Notes under the pieces: generated by a model
The model's input: the letters and a program-made list of their open reading frames with translations, nothing else
Database searches by the model: none
Told to the model about the DNA's origin: nothing
Shown here: positions 25,301 through 36,065 of the stretch, in pieces
Numbering within the stretch: position 1 is the first letter of the stretch
Layout: the number at the start of each line of letters is the position of its first letter
Origin: Chiloscyllium plagiosum
Taxonomy: Eukaryota
Assembly (NCBI RefSeq): GCF_004010195.1
Contig: NC_057719.1
Span: 13,381,904 to 13,445,903 of the forward strand
Direction: 5' to 3'
Length of the DNA stretch: 64,000 nt
Position numbers and translations under genes: made by a program

Positions 25301-27890
25301 ATGAGTGAATCAGTGAAAGTGTGAATGAGTGAATCAGTAACAGTGTGCAGTGAGTGTGAATGAGCGAATCAGTGAAAGTGTGAATGAGTGAATCAGTGAC
25401 ANNNNNNNNNNNNNNNNNNNNNNNNNNNNNNNNNNNNNNNNNNNNNNNNNNNNNNNNNNNNNNNNNNNNNNNNNNNNNNNNNNNNNNNNNNNNNNNNNNN
25501 NNNNNNNNNNNNNNNNNNNNNNNNNNNNNNNNNNNNNNNNNNNNNNNNNNNNNNNNNNNNNNNNNNNNNNNNNNNNNNNNNNNNNNNNNNNNNNNNNNNN
25601 NNNNNNNNNNNNNNNNNNNNNNNNNNNNNNNNNNNNNNNNNNNNNNNNNNNNNNNNNNNNNNNNNNNNNNNNNNNNNNNNNNNNNNNNNNNNNNNNNNNN
25701 NNNNNNNNNNNNNNNNNNNNNNNNNNNNNNNNNNNNNNNNNNNNNNNNNNNNNNNNNNNNNNNNNNNNNNNNNNNNNNNNNNNNNNNNNNNNNNNNNNNN
25801 NNNNNNNNNNNNNNNNNNNNNNNNNNNNNNNNNNNNNNNNNNNNNNNNNNNNNNNNNNNNNNNNNNNNNNNNNNNNNNNNNNNNNNNNNNNNNNNNNNNN
25901 NTGCAGTGATTGTGAATGAACGAATCAGTAACAGCGTGCAGTGAGAATGAATGCGTGAATCAGTAACAGAGTGCAGTGATTGTGAATGAGTGAATCAGTA
26001 ACAGATTGCAGTGATTGCGACAGAGTGAATCAGTAACAGAGTGCAGTGATTGCGAATGAGTGAATCGGTAACAGTGTGCAGCGACTGTGAATGAGTGATT
26101 CAGTAACAGTGTGCAGTGATTGTAAATGAGTGAATCAGTAATAGAGTGCAGTGATTGTGAATGTGTGAATCAGTAACAGAGTGCAGTCATTGTAAATGAG
26201 TGAATCATTAACAGTGTGCAGCGATTGTGAATGAGTGAATCAGTAACAATGTGCAGTGATTGTGAAGTAGTGAATCAGTACCAGAGTGCAGCGATTGTGA
26301 ATGAGTGAATCAGCAACAGTGTGCAGTGATTGTGAATGAGAGAATCAGTATCAGAGTGCAGTAATTGTGAATGTGTGAATCAGTAACAATGTGCAGCGAT
26401 TGTGAATGAGTGAATCAGTAACAGAGTGCAGCGATTGTGAATGTGTGAATCAGTAACAGAGTGCAGTCATTGTAACTGAGTGAATCATTAACAGTGTGCA
26501 GCGATTGTGAATGACTGATTCAGTAACAGAGTGCAGTGATTGTGAATGAGTAAATCAGTAACAGTGTGCAGTGATTGTGAATGAGTGAATCAGTAACAGA
26601 GTGCAGTAATTGTGAATGTGTGAATCAGTAACAACGTGCAGCGATTGTGAATGAGTGAATCAGTAACAGAGTGCAGTGATTGTGAATGAGTAAATCAGTA
26701 ACAGTGTGCAGTGAGAGTGAATGAGTGAATCAGTAACAGAGTGCAGTGAGAATGAATGAGTGAATCAGTAACAGAATGCAGTGATTGTGAATGAGTGAAT
26801 CAATAACAGAGTGCTGTGATTGTGAATGAGTAAATCAGTAACAGTGTGCAGTGATTGTGAATGAGTGAATCAGTAACAGAATGCAGTGATTGTGAATGTG
26901 TGAATCAGTAACAATGTGCAGCGATTGTGAATGAGTGAATCAGTAACAGAGTGCAGTGATTGTGAATTAGTGAATCAGTAATAGTGTGATGTGATTGTGA
27001 ACGGGTTAATCAGTAACAGAGTGCAGTGATTGTGAATGAGTGAATCAGTGACAGAGTGCAGCGATTGTGAATGAGAGAATCAGTATCAGAGTGCAGTAAT
27101 TGTGAATGTGTGAATCAGTAACAGTGTGCAGCGATTGTGAATGAGTGAATCAGTAACAGAGTGCAGTGATTGTGAATGAGTAAATCAGTAACAGTGTGCA
27201 GTGATTGTGAATGAGTGGATCAGTAACAGAGTGCAGTGAGTGTGAATGAGTGAATCAGTAACAGAATGCAGTGATTGTGAATGAGTGAATCAGTGACAGA
27301 GTGCAGTGATTGTGAATGAGTGAATCAGTGACAGAGTGCAGTGATTGTGAATGAGTGAATCAGTAACAGAGTGCAGCGATAGTGAATGAGTGAATCAGTA
27401 ACAGAATGCAATGTGAGTGAATGAGTGAATCAGAAACAGAGTGCAGCGATTTTGAATGAGTGAATCAGTAACAGTGTGCAGTGATTGTGAATGACTGAAT
27501 AAGTAACAGTGTGTAGTGAGTGTGTGTGTGTGAATCAGCAACCGAGTGCAGTGTTTTTGAATGACTAAATCAGTAACTGACTTCGGGGATAGTGATTAAG
27601 TAATTCAGTACCAGAGCGCAGTGAGACTGAATCAGTTTATCAGTAACAGTGTGCAGTGATTGTGAATGAGTAACTCATTAACAGCATTGTGATAGCTAAT
27701 GAGTAAATCAGTAACATAGTTCTGTGTGATCGTGAATGAGTAAATCAGTAACAGAGTCCAGTGACTGTGAATGAGTGAATCAGCGACAAAATGCAGTAAT
27801 TGTAGATGTGCAATTCAGAACCAGAGTGCTATGATTCTAAATGTGTACATTAGTAACAGAGCTGAGTGACTGTTAATGAGTACATTAGTT
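22395..27890. repeat. 35-bp satellite array with an inverted block and a gap
   Basis: Unit gagtgaatcagtaacagagtgcagtgattgtgaat; reverse-complement units at ~23965-24768; degenerate edges. Confidence 0.95.
25402..25901. other. Assembly gap (500 N, probably an unsized placeholder)
   Basis: Round-number N run inside the satellite. Confidence 0.95.
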
Positions 27891-28418
27891 GTGTGCACCT
27901 TGGCTCTTACAGGATATTCGTAGCTTATGCGGCAATGCACTTGTTAGTTCCAAGAATATGGTATCAAAAGGTGCAACAAACATTCATTGCAATCCTCGGA
28001 AATATACAGGTACTAGGGGGACCCCTTATGTGGTGCATTGGTTGTGTCCCTATCCCTGGCCCTGGAGGCCTGAGTTGAAGTCCCACCAACTCTAGAGGTG
28101 TGTTATAACATCTCTGATCAGGATTATTCCAAAACTAGGCAGACGTGTTTCAGCGTATGCACTTCGTTTCTGATCTGAAATGAAACGTTCTGTTGAAAAC
28201 AAGCTGCTCTTTCTAACTGTGTTGTTTCTTCAAGTAACCCCCAGTTAAATTTAGTTTGATAACTCAATATCATAATGCATCATTCTATAATGTAGTGATG
28301 TCATCATGAGCATTTCTCTTAAAGATATACCAACTGTGAAACATAACAGCTTAATTTTTCCAAAGATGAAAACTTACAGAAACTCATAAAATTCCAACAG
28401 GCTTAGAGAGGTGAGCTG

Positions 28419-28641
28419 GATTAGTGGTGCTGAAAGAGCACAGCAGTTCAGGCAGCATCCGAGGAGCAGTAAAATCGACGTTTCGGGCAAAAGCCCTGCT
28501 GTGCTCTTCCAGCAACTGATGAAGGGCTTTTGCCCGAAACGTCGATTTTACTGCTCCTTCGATGCTGCCTGAACTGCTGTGCTCTTCCAGCACCACTAAT
28601 CCAGAATCTGGTTTCCAGCATCTGGAGTCATTGTTTTTACT
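28419..28641. mobile_element. Fold-back Penelope-derived short element with 16-bp TSD and intact hammerhead core
   Basis: ttagagaggtgagctg at 28403-28418 and 28642-28657; CTGATGA-AGGGC-TTTT-GCCC-GAAA-C-GTC at 28516-28543. Confidence 0.88.
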
Positions 28642-28713
28642 TTAGAGAGGTGAGCTGCAGGAAATATGTACCTGTTGACTTGGGGTGTCCAGAGCCAGGG
28701 TTCACAGTGTAAA

Positions 28714-28990
28714 GTGGCACAGTGGCTCAGTGGTTAATACTATTGCCTCACAGCTCCAGTGACACGAGTTCATTTCCAGACTCGGATGACTGTCTGTGTG
28801 GAGTTTACCCATTCTCCCTGTGTCTGCGTGGATTTCCTCCGGGTACTCTGATTATCTCCCATAATCTAAAGGTGTGTAGGTTCGGTGGATCAGCCTGGGA
28901 AATGCAGAGTTACAGGGATAGGGTGGGATGCTCTTCAGCGAGCTTGAAGGGCTGAATGGGCCGGCTTCGATACTGTTAAAGTTCTGTGAT
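28714..28990 (+). mobile_element. HE1-like V-SINE (diverged)
   Basis: gtggcacagtggctcagtggttaatactattgcctcacagc...gactgtctgtgtggagttt. Confidence 0.8.
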
Positions 28991-28999
28991 ATAGTACAA

Positions 29000-29245
29000 A
29001 CTATTTAGGACTGAGATGAGGAGAAACCTCTTCATTCAAAGAGGAATGAGCCTGTGGAATTCACTACCACAGAAAGGGCCAAAACATTGAATAATTTCAC
29101 AAAGGAGTTGGAAATCACACGTGGGGTTAAAGGGATCAAAGGGTTTAGGGGGAAAGTGGGAAGTTGCTATTGAGTTGCATGATCTGAATGAATGGACGAA
29201 CAGGCTCAAATGGCCTACTTCTGTTCCTATTTTCGATGTTTTTAT
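29000..29245 (+). mobile_element. CR1 3' end
   Basis: tttaggactgagatgaggagaaac...ctgtggaattcactaccacag...tggcctacttctgttcct. Confidence 0.7.
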
Positions 29246-29624
29246 GAGTGCTATCCTCCCCATTGTTGGACTCTTCACCCTCTATAAGCGATATGGTTGA
29301 GTACTGGCATTTACTCTCATAATCAATTCTAGAGAAACGTTGATCACCAACGCAAATAGAACTGCTCGATGTCGAGTGAAGTGTGTGATGTGATTGAGAG
29401 ATTGTGATGTTGGTAGCTCACACTACACTCCAGCCAGAGACGAGTGGGTTGGAATTTAAATATTCATTCTTCAGAATGATTCAATTGAACTGTAAGTAGT
29501 GTGGTAGCACAGTGGAGACCTCTCAAAGCTGTTTTTATCCTAACTTGGTAATTACCCATTACCTTTTCAACTCCCTCCCTCTCTGAAATTGGATGAAATG
29601 TAAAGTACTTTTTGGAATTTAGCA

Positions 29625-30042
29625 TGACGAGGCTGAATAGGCTGGGACTGTTTTCCCTGGAACATCGGAGGCTGAGGGGTGGCCATATAGAGGTTTATAA
29701 AATCATGGGGTGCGTAAATAGGTAAATAGACAAGGTCTTTTCCCTGGAGTGGGGGAGTCCAGAACTAGAGGGCATTGGGGTGAGAGGAGGAAGATTTAAA
29801 AGGGACCTAAGGAGCAACTTTTTCACACAGAAGGTGGTGCGTGTATGGAATGAGCTGCCAGAGAAAGCGGTGGAGGCTGGTACAGTTACCAACATTTAAA
29901 AGGCATATGAATAGGAAGGGTTTGGCGGGATATGGGCCAAGTGCTGGCAAATGGGACTAGATTGGGTTGGGATATCTGGTGGGCATGGACAAGTTGGACC
30001 GAAGGGTCTGTTTCTGTGCTGTACATCTCTGAGACTCTATGA
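29625..30042 (+). mobile_element. CR1 3' end
   Basis: gaggctgaataggctgggactgttttccctgg...ttggaccgaagggtctgtttctgtgctgtacatctctgagactctatg. Confidence 0.85.
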
Positions 30043-30691
30043 TCCCAGTTGTAGAGCACAATCAACGACACTTCAACAGCACAAGAGAAGATTTTTTTCC
30101 AGTTATTGCCCCTTGAAGTCTGAACACAGAATGCAGATGTTTACTGCCCACTTCGGGGTTTTGGGGTTTTTATTTCAGTGTCTGTGCCCTTGTCCTGTAA
30201 GTACACTCTGGGGTGGGATTATTGGGTTGTAATTCTTTGCCCCCAAGGGTAATGGAGACTCAGTTGTTGAGTGTGTTCAAGTCTGAGATCCATAAGTTTC
30301 TACATATGAAACAAAACCAAGTGATCTGGAGATAGTTTGGGAAACTGGTGGAAGATCAATTGTGATTGTATGGAATAGCAGAGGCTGAATGGCCTATATC
30401 AGCCCTAATTGTATGTTCCTGCATATCCAGTGTGCAGTTATCTTCCAGAGCCTACACCCTACTAAATCCGATCCAATAATTTGCTTTATCCTGAGCATCA
30501 AAAGGTTACCTTCAGACACCAGGTTCCAGAAGATTCTCATCTCTTTTTACTGAAGAAATTTCTTAACATTTCAGTTCTAAATAATCAACCCTTTTCTCTC
30601 AGCCTTTTAGCCCCCTGTTCTCGATTTCATAGCTTTGGGGAAAAATGTTATCTCCACAGTTAATGCTTTTAAGGTTTTGCTATGTTTCTAC

Positions 30692-30825
30692 CAAGTTAAA
30701 AATGTCACAACACCAGGTTACAGTCTAACAGGTTTATGTGGAAGCACTAGCTTTCGGAGCACTGCTCCTTCATCAGCTACCTGTTGATTTTTAACTTTAT
30801 CCAGCCCAACACCAGCTCCTCCATA
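30692..30825. mobile_element. Penelope-derived short element (family 2) with partial fold-back and TSD
   Basis: Minus-strand CTGATGA-AGGAGC-AGT-GCTCC-GAAA-GC-TA at ~30748-30776; ctatg(t/c)ttctac at 30680 and 30826. Confidence 0.75.
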
Positions 30826-30959
30826 CTATGCTTCTACAAGTTTACCTCACATTATTTTAAACACTGAGCATCAATGGCTTAGTCCACTCATGAATTCTGT
30901 GAGGTGCTGGAAGGATTGCCATGAGGACAGGAAAGAGTGTGAAGTTAAACTAAAGAACA

Positions 30960-31024
30960 AGTATAGTGGTTAGTATCCCCGCCTGTCACGCGGGATACCA
31001 GGGTTCAATTCCCCGCCCGGGGAG
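30960..31024 (+). pseudogene. 5'-truncated tRNA-Asp(GTC) pseudogene
   Basis: agtatagtggttagtatccccgcctGTCacgcgggataccagggttcaattccccgcccggggag matches vertebrate tRNA-Asp, but the 5' acceptor strand (tcctcgtt) is absent and the T arm carries substitutions. Confidence 0.85.
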
Positions 31025-31036
31025 GCTGTGGTATTT

Positions 31037-31344
31037 GGGCGGCACAGTGGTTAGCACTGCTGCCTCACAGCGCCAGAGACTCGAGTTCAATTCCAGCGTC
31101 GGGCAACTGTCTGTGTGGAGTTTCCACATTCTCCCTGCATCTGTGTGGGTTTCCTCCGTCTGCTCTGGTTTCCTCCCACAGTCCAAAGATGTGCAGGTTA
31201 GGTGAATTGGCCATGCTAAATCGCCTGTAGTGTTAGGAGAAGGGGTAAATGTAGGGGAATGGGTCTGGGTGGGTTGCTCTTTGAAGGGTTGTTGTGGACT
31301 TGTTGGGCTGAAGGGCCTGTTTCCACACTGTAAGTAATCTAATC
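31037..31344 (+). mobile_element. HE1-like V-SINE
   Basis: tRNA-like head gtggttagcactgctgcctcacagcgccagagac, V-domain, and CR1-like tail gggctgaagggcctgtttccacactgtaagtaatctaatc. Confidence 0.9.
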
Positions 31345-31506
31345 AAACAATTCGCATTTATACTGTTCCTTTAATGGGCCAAAACACTCCAGAGGAGAGT
31401 TATCTAATGAAATTTGACAATGAGGGCATTATTGGTCAGGCCAGTATTCGTAAACATCTAGAAGTGAAAAGTGTTTTGTTGCCACAAGCTGCTGCCATTT
31501 TGAGTT

Positions 31507-31806
31507 ACGGTGGCACAGTGGTTAGCACTGCTGCCTCACAGTGCCAGAGACCCGGGTTCAATTCCCGCCTCAGGCGACTGACTGTGTGGAGTTTGCACGT
31601 TCTCCCCGTGTCTGCGTGGGTTTCCTCCGGGTGCTCCGGTTTCCTCCCACAGTCCAAAGATGTGCAGGTCAGGTGAATTGGCCATACTAAATTACCCGTA
31701 GTGTTAGGTAAGGGGTAAACGTAGGGGTATGGGTGGATTGCGCTTCGGCGGGTCAGTGTGGACTTGTTGGGCCGAAGGGCCTGTTTCCACACTGTAATCT
31801 AATCTA
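31507..31806 (+). mobile_element. HE1-like V-SINE (young)
   Basis: Near-identical to 60746-61051 over the head and V-domain. Confidence 0.9.
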
Positions 31807-31861
31807 CTCTAATAAAATGAAATTCCACAAATACAGTTCATCTTTTGTACAATGGAGAGAG

Positions 31862-32175
31862 CGGGCAATGGCCTAGTGGTATTATTGCTGGACTGTTAAT
31901 CCAGAGAACTAGGTATTGCTGTGGGAGCTTAGATTCAAATCCTGCCACAGTAGATGGTGGAATTTGAATTCAATCAAAAAAAAATCTGAAACTAAGTGTC
32001 TAACGATGGCCACAAATTGTTCACCAATGCTCCTTCAGGAAAGAAACTGCTGTCCTTACCTGGTCTGGCCTACATGTGACTCCAGACCCACAGCAATGTG
32101 GTTGACTTTTAACTGCCCTCTGGGCAATTAGGGAAGGACAATAAATGCTGGCCTAGCCAGTAACATGAATGAATT
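31862..32175 (+). mobile_element. tRNA-derived SINE, family B (full length)
   Basis: A-box-like tggcctagtgg, B-box-like gattcaaatcc, tail aataaatgctggcctagccag...tgaatgaat. Confidence 0.8.
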
Positions 32176-32656
32176 ATAAAAAGAAAGGGGTCTTCAAACA
32201 CAGCTCCAAGGCTTCTGCAAGGTGTCCTTGGCCTCAAGAAGTCCCCGCTCAACAACAACCCCACCAAGAGTTCCTGTTCCTGTCACTGTCACAGCAAAAG
32301 ACCTGTAGGTCCCCAGGTCCATGTGCTAGGCCTACCACAGTTGCGAGTCCCTGCTCCAGGCACCTCCTCCACCGCAGTAAATCACCGCTGCCAAGAGCCC
32401 AAATTCTGCCACAGCCAAAGACCCATTGAATCCCCAAGTCCAGGTTTCAGGCCTACTATACCCAGGAGTTCTCACTCCGGGCACTGCCGAAGCCAATGAC
32501 CCACTGACCCTGCACTAGAGAGAGAGAGAAGGATGAGGCTAGCCTGGAGTGGACAGGCTCAGGAGTCCAAACACTACGTACAATGCTGGCATCACCATAT
32601 TGTGAGTAAAAGATTAATTGTTTTCAGGAAGGTCATGACGAGTGCCTTCAAGAACC

Positions 32657-32957
32657 GTAGGGACACCTACAGTCTTTGTTCTGTGGGGACACCTATGGTA
32701 CTTGTTGTTAGGGACACGTAATGTGCTTGTTGTGTAGGGACACGTAATGTGCTTGTTGTGAAGGGACACCTACAGTCCTTGTTCCGTATGGACACCTACA
32801 CTCCTTGTTGTGTAGGGATAGCTACAGATCTTGTTCCGTATGGACACCTACAGTACTTGTTTGTACGGACACCTACAGTCCTTGTTCCGTATGGACACCC
32901 ACAGTCCCTGTTTTGTAGGGACACCTACAGTCCTTGTTGCTGAGGGACACCTACAGT
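32657..32957 (+). repeat. 26-bp minisatellite, about 11.5 copies
   Basis: Unit gggacacctacagtccttgttccgta with variants. Confidence 0.92.
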
Positions 32958-33299
32958 CGTATTATGGAGAGAATTCCAGGATTTCGAACCAGTGATGCTG
33001 AAAAATGACATATTTTCAAGTCAGGCTGGTGGGAGTGTTGGAGAGGAACTTATAGGTGGTGGTGTTATGTGTTGGATCACATCTAGGCCAGATCACATTA
33101 TAGACTTCTTTCCCTAAAGGATTTGGGGAACCAGTTAAGTTTTTATGGCAGTATAATCCAGAGTTTTACATTTTTATCATCTGCTATGGTGGGATTCAAA
33201 CTCCTGTCCTCTGAACATTAACTCAGGATTCTGAATTACTAGCCCAATGATAATAACCCCATGCCAAACCTCTCTAATGGGATACAACCCGGTAAGTGA

Positions 33300-34120
33300 C
33301 TTTGTATTAGATGGTATCCGAGATGATTATTTGAGAGTGTAATTGGAGCTGTACTCATTCAAACTAGTGGGGAGTATTCCAATACACTCCTTACTTATGT
33401 CTTGTGGATGGTGGACAGACATTTTGGAGGCAGGAAGTCAGTTACTCACTGCATAATTCACAGCGCCCAAACTGCTTTTGTAGTCACAGTATTTACAGGA
33501 CTAATCCAGGGTGTTAATACTAGAGGATTTAATGACAAGCATAAAGAGGCTTTGGTTAGATTTTTTCTTGATGGACATGGTCACTGCACAGCACTTGTGT
33601 AATATTAATGTTACTTGCCACTTATCATTTCAAGCATGGAGGTTGCCCAGTTCTTGCTGCGTATGGACACCTCTTGCTGAGGTGTTACAGATGGTCTTTA
33701 ACATTGTGCAATAGTCAGACTATTTCTCATTTATAGAGTCAAAGAGTCATCGAGATGTACAGCACAGTAACAGACCCTTCAGTCCAACTCATCCATGCTG
33801 ACCAGATATCCTAACCTAATCCAGTCCCATTTGCCAGCACTTGGCCCATATCCATCCATCCAAACCCTTCCTATTCGTCCAGATGCCTTTTAAATGCTGT
33901 AATTTTACCAGCCTCCACCACATTCTCTGGTAGCTCATTCCATACACGTACCACCCTCTGCGTGAAAAAGTTACCCCTGAGGTCCCTTTTATATCTTTCC
34001 CCTCTCACCTTAAACCTTATGCCCTTTAGTTCTGAACTCCTGATCCTGTGATGGAGGGAATGTCACTGATGAAGCAATTGAAGATGGTTGGGCCTAGAAC
34101 ACCACACTGAGGAACTCTCC
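33300..34120 (-). mobile_element. Old L2/CR1-group LINE RT fragment interrupted by a CR1 3' end (33733-34040)
   Basis: Reverse of 34058-34117 encodes VPQCGVLGPTIFNCFISDIP (GVPQGSVLGP motif). Confidence 0.6.
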
Positions 34121-34654
34121 AATCCTGCATGTTGTGTTATATCACATGGGTGATATGCAGCATGACTTTAATAGACATCCTTGTGATATCATCACCAGGC
34201 AATAGCATGTGACCTGAGGATATAGAGTTCTCCATCTTAACTGGAGACACCTGAAACATGATATGTTGATACAGGCATGTCACTGTTGGTATCTGAATAA
34301 CGTAATATGGACCCTTATCTTGGAGTAGTTTCATTCGTAAGATTCAAACCATACCCACTGTGGTGGACCGATGTGGTGCGATAAACCAGTCAACAATCCC
34401 AAACAGCGTTAGCTACACCATTTTGACATGCTCAGCAGTTTCAGGGAAGATACAATATCACATCTCAAGGTCAATGATATTTATTGATCTTCCAGTGTGC
34501 AAATTCAGGAGAAGCTTTGAGTGAAACAGAATGAAATGGAGTGCAAAGCTACAATTCTGAAAGTTGACTATCACACAGACTGGTGTAGCTCCAACACGTG
34601 TATCTCGAAGTAAGGTGTCACGATAGAAGTAGGCCTAGATCTGAGATGCTTCAA

Positions 34655-35013
34655 CCCTTCATTCCAAAGGCCTCCACATAAAGTATCAAGAAGAGCTAAA
34701 TCCTATTGGTAGATGAATCTCAAGAGCTCAGAACATTTAGGATACCATTTGGATGATCCTATTTCTCATAGTTAGGCTATCGATAAGCCAAGGTCTATTC
34801 CGACAGGACATTGGAATAGACTTCTTCGAGGAGAAAGTGAGGTCCCCTTCATTCCAAAGGCCTCCACATAAAGTATCAAGAAGAGCTAAATCCTATTGGT
34901 AGATGAATCTCAAGAGCTCAGAACATTTAGGATACCATTTGGATGATCCTGTTTCTGAAAGTTAGGCTATCGATAAGCCAAGGTCTATTCCGACAGGACA
35001 TTGGAATAGACTT
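34655..35013 (+). repeat. 169-bp direct duplication with a 21-bp spacer
   Basis: 34655-34823 vs 34845-35013, three substitutions seen. Confidence 0.95.
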
Positions 35014-35487
35014 TGCAAGAATGCAGCTGACTGTGTTGGCATAGTTGGCAATATTTGAGTTATGGTTACAACCACAGCCTTCGCACAGTGATGCTAGCAG
35101 TATAAAACCAAGAATTAGTATTTAACCAGCATTACGCCCTGCTTCAACATCAGCCAGATAAACATTTCTGTGTTCATTCTCTCCGCAAACGGAATCTGGC
35201 CTGATGCAAATGAGATCAAGGATGTTAACCAAGTGACCAACCCCCAGAATAAAGGGGATCTCTGATGCCGCCTTGAATCTTCCAACCTCTTCTCGCTAAA
35301 TATTCTCATCTCTGTGGAAAAGGTGAGAGAACTGCGTAAGTAGGATGTCCCCTGTGTGTAGCAAAACACAACCACCAAAACGTCTTTGCTTCCCTTGTGC
35401 GAGTTCTGCAATACTGCAATCACAGGGAAAACAATTCTGGAAGTGGACATATCATCAAATGGTCCAAGCTTGTGTCTTCTACAAGAT

Positions 35488-35910
35488 ATAGCTTCTAATT
35501 TTACTGAGGAGCTTGGTGCATGATACCTTCCCAAATACTTTCTGGAAATCTAATACATTACATCCATGGATTCTTCTTTATCTATTCTGCTTGTTACCTC
35601 CTCAAAAAATTCTGTTAAATTTGTCAGGCATGGTTTCTCCTTCATAAAGCCAAGCTGTCTCTACATGATATATTCTGAATGCTCTGCTATTACATCCTTT
35701 ATAATAGACAGTAAGTAACATTTTCCCAATAACAGATGATAAGCTAACTGACCTATAGTTACTGCTTTATTGTCTTCTTTCTTTTTGAATATATGTGTTA
35801 CATTAAGAGTTTTCTAATCTTCAGACACTTTTTCAGAATCTAAGAATTCTTGGAAGATTGCTACCATTACACTCTATCTCTGTAGCTACTTCCTTTAATA
35901 TTCCAGGATA
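35488..35910 (-). mobile_element. Old CR1 RT fragment
   Basis: Reverse reads NYRSVSLSS...TNLTEFFEEVTSRIDK...DFQKVFGKVSCTKLLSKIRS. Confidence 0.75.
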
Positions 35911-36065
35911 CAGAGTGCCATTGAGTCACATAGCAACGAAACAGACCCTTGGGTCCAACCAGTCCACGCCAAACATAATCCCAAACTAAACTAGTCCCAC
36001 CTGCCTGCTCTAAGCCCATATCCCTCCAAATCTTTCTTATTCATGTGCATATCCAATTGTCTTTT

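Noticed and set aside
22395..27890. 35-bp repeats as a CRISPR array
   Set aside because: Units are head-to-tail with no unique spacers, there are no cas genes, and the context is vertebrate.
30960..31024. Functional tRNA-Asp gene
   Set aside because: The 5' acceptor-stem strand is missing and the T arm is mutated.
34140..35485. Degenerate Gypsy integrase, and the 139-aa ORF 35115-35534 as a gene
   Set aside because: Only a vague resemblance, with no HHCC or DDE motif I could confirm; the ORF start lies in an out-of-frame CR1 fragment.
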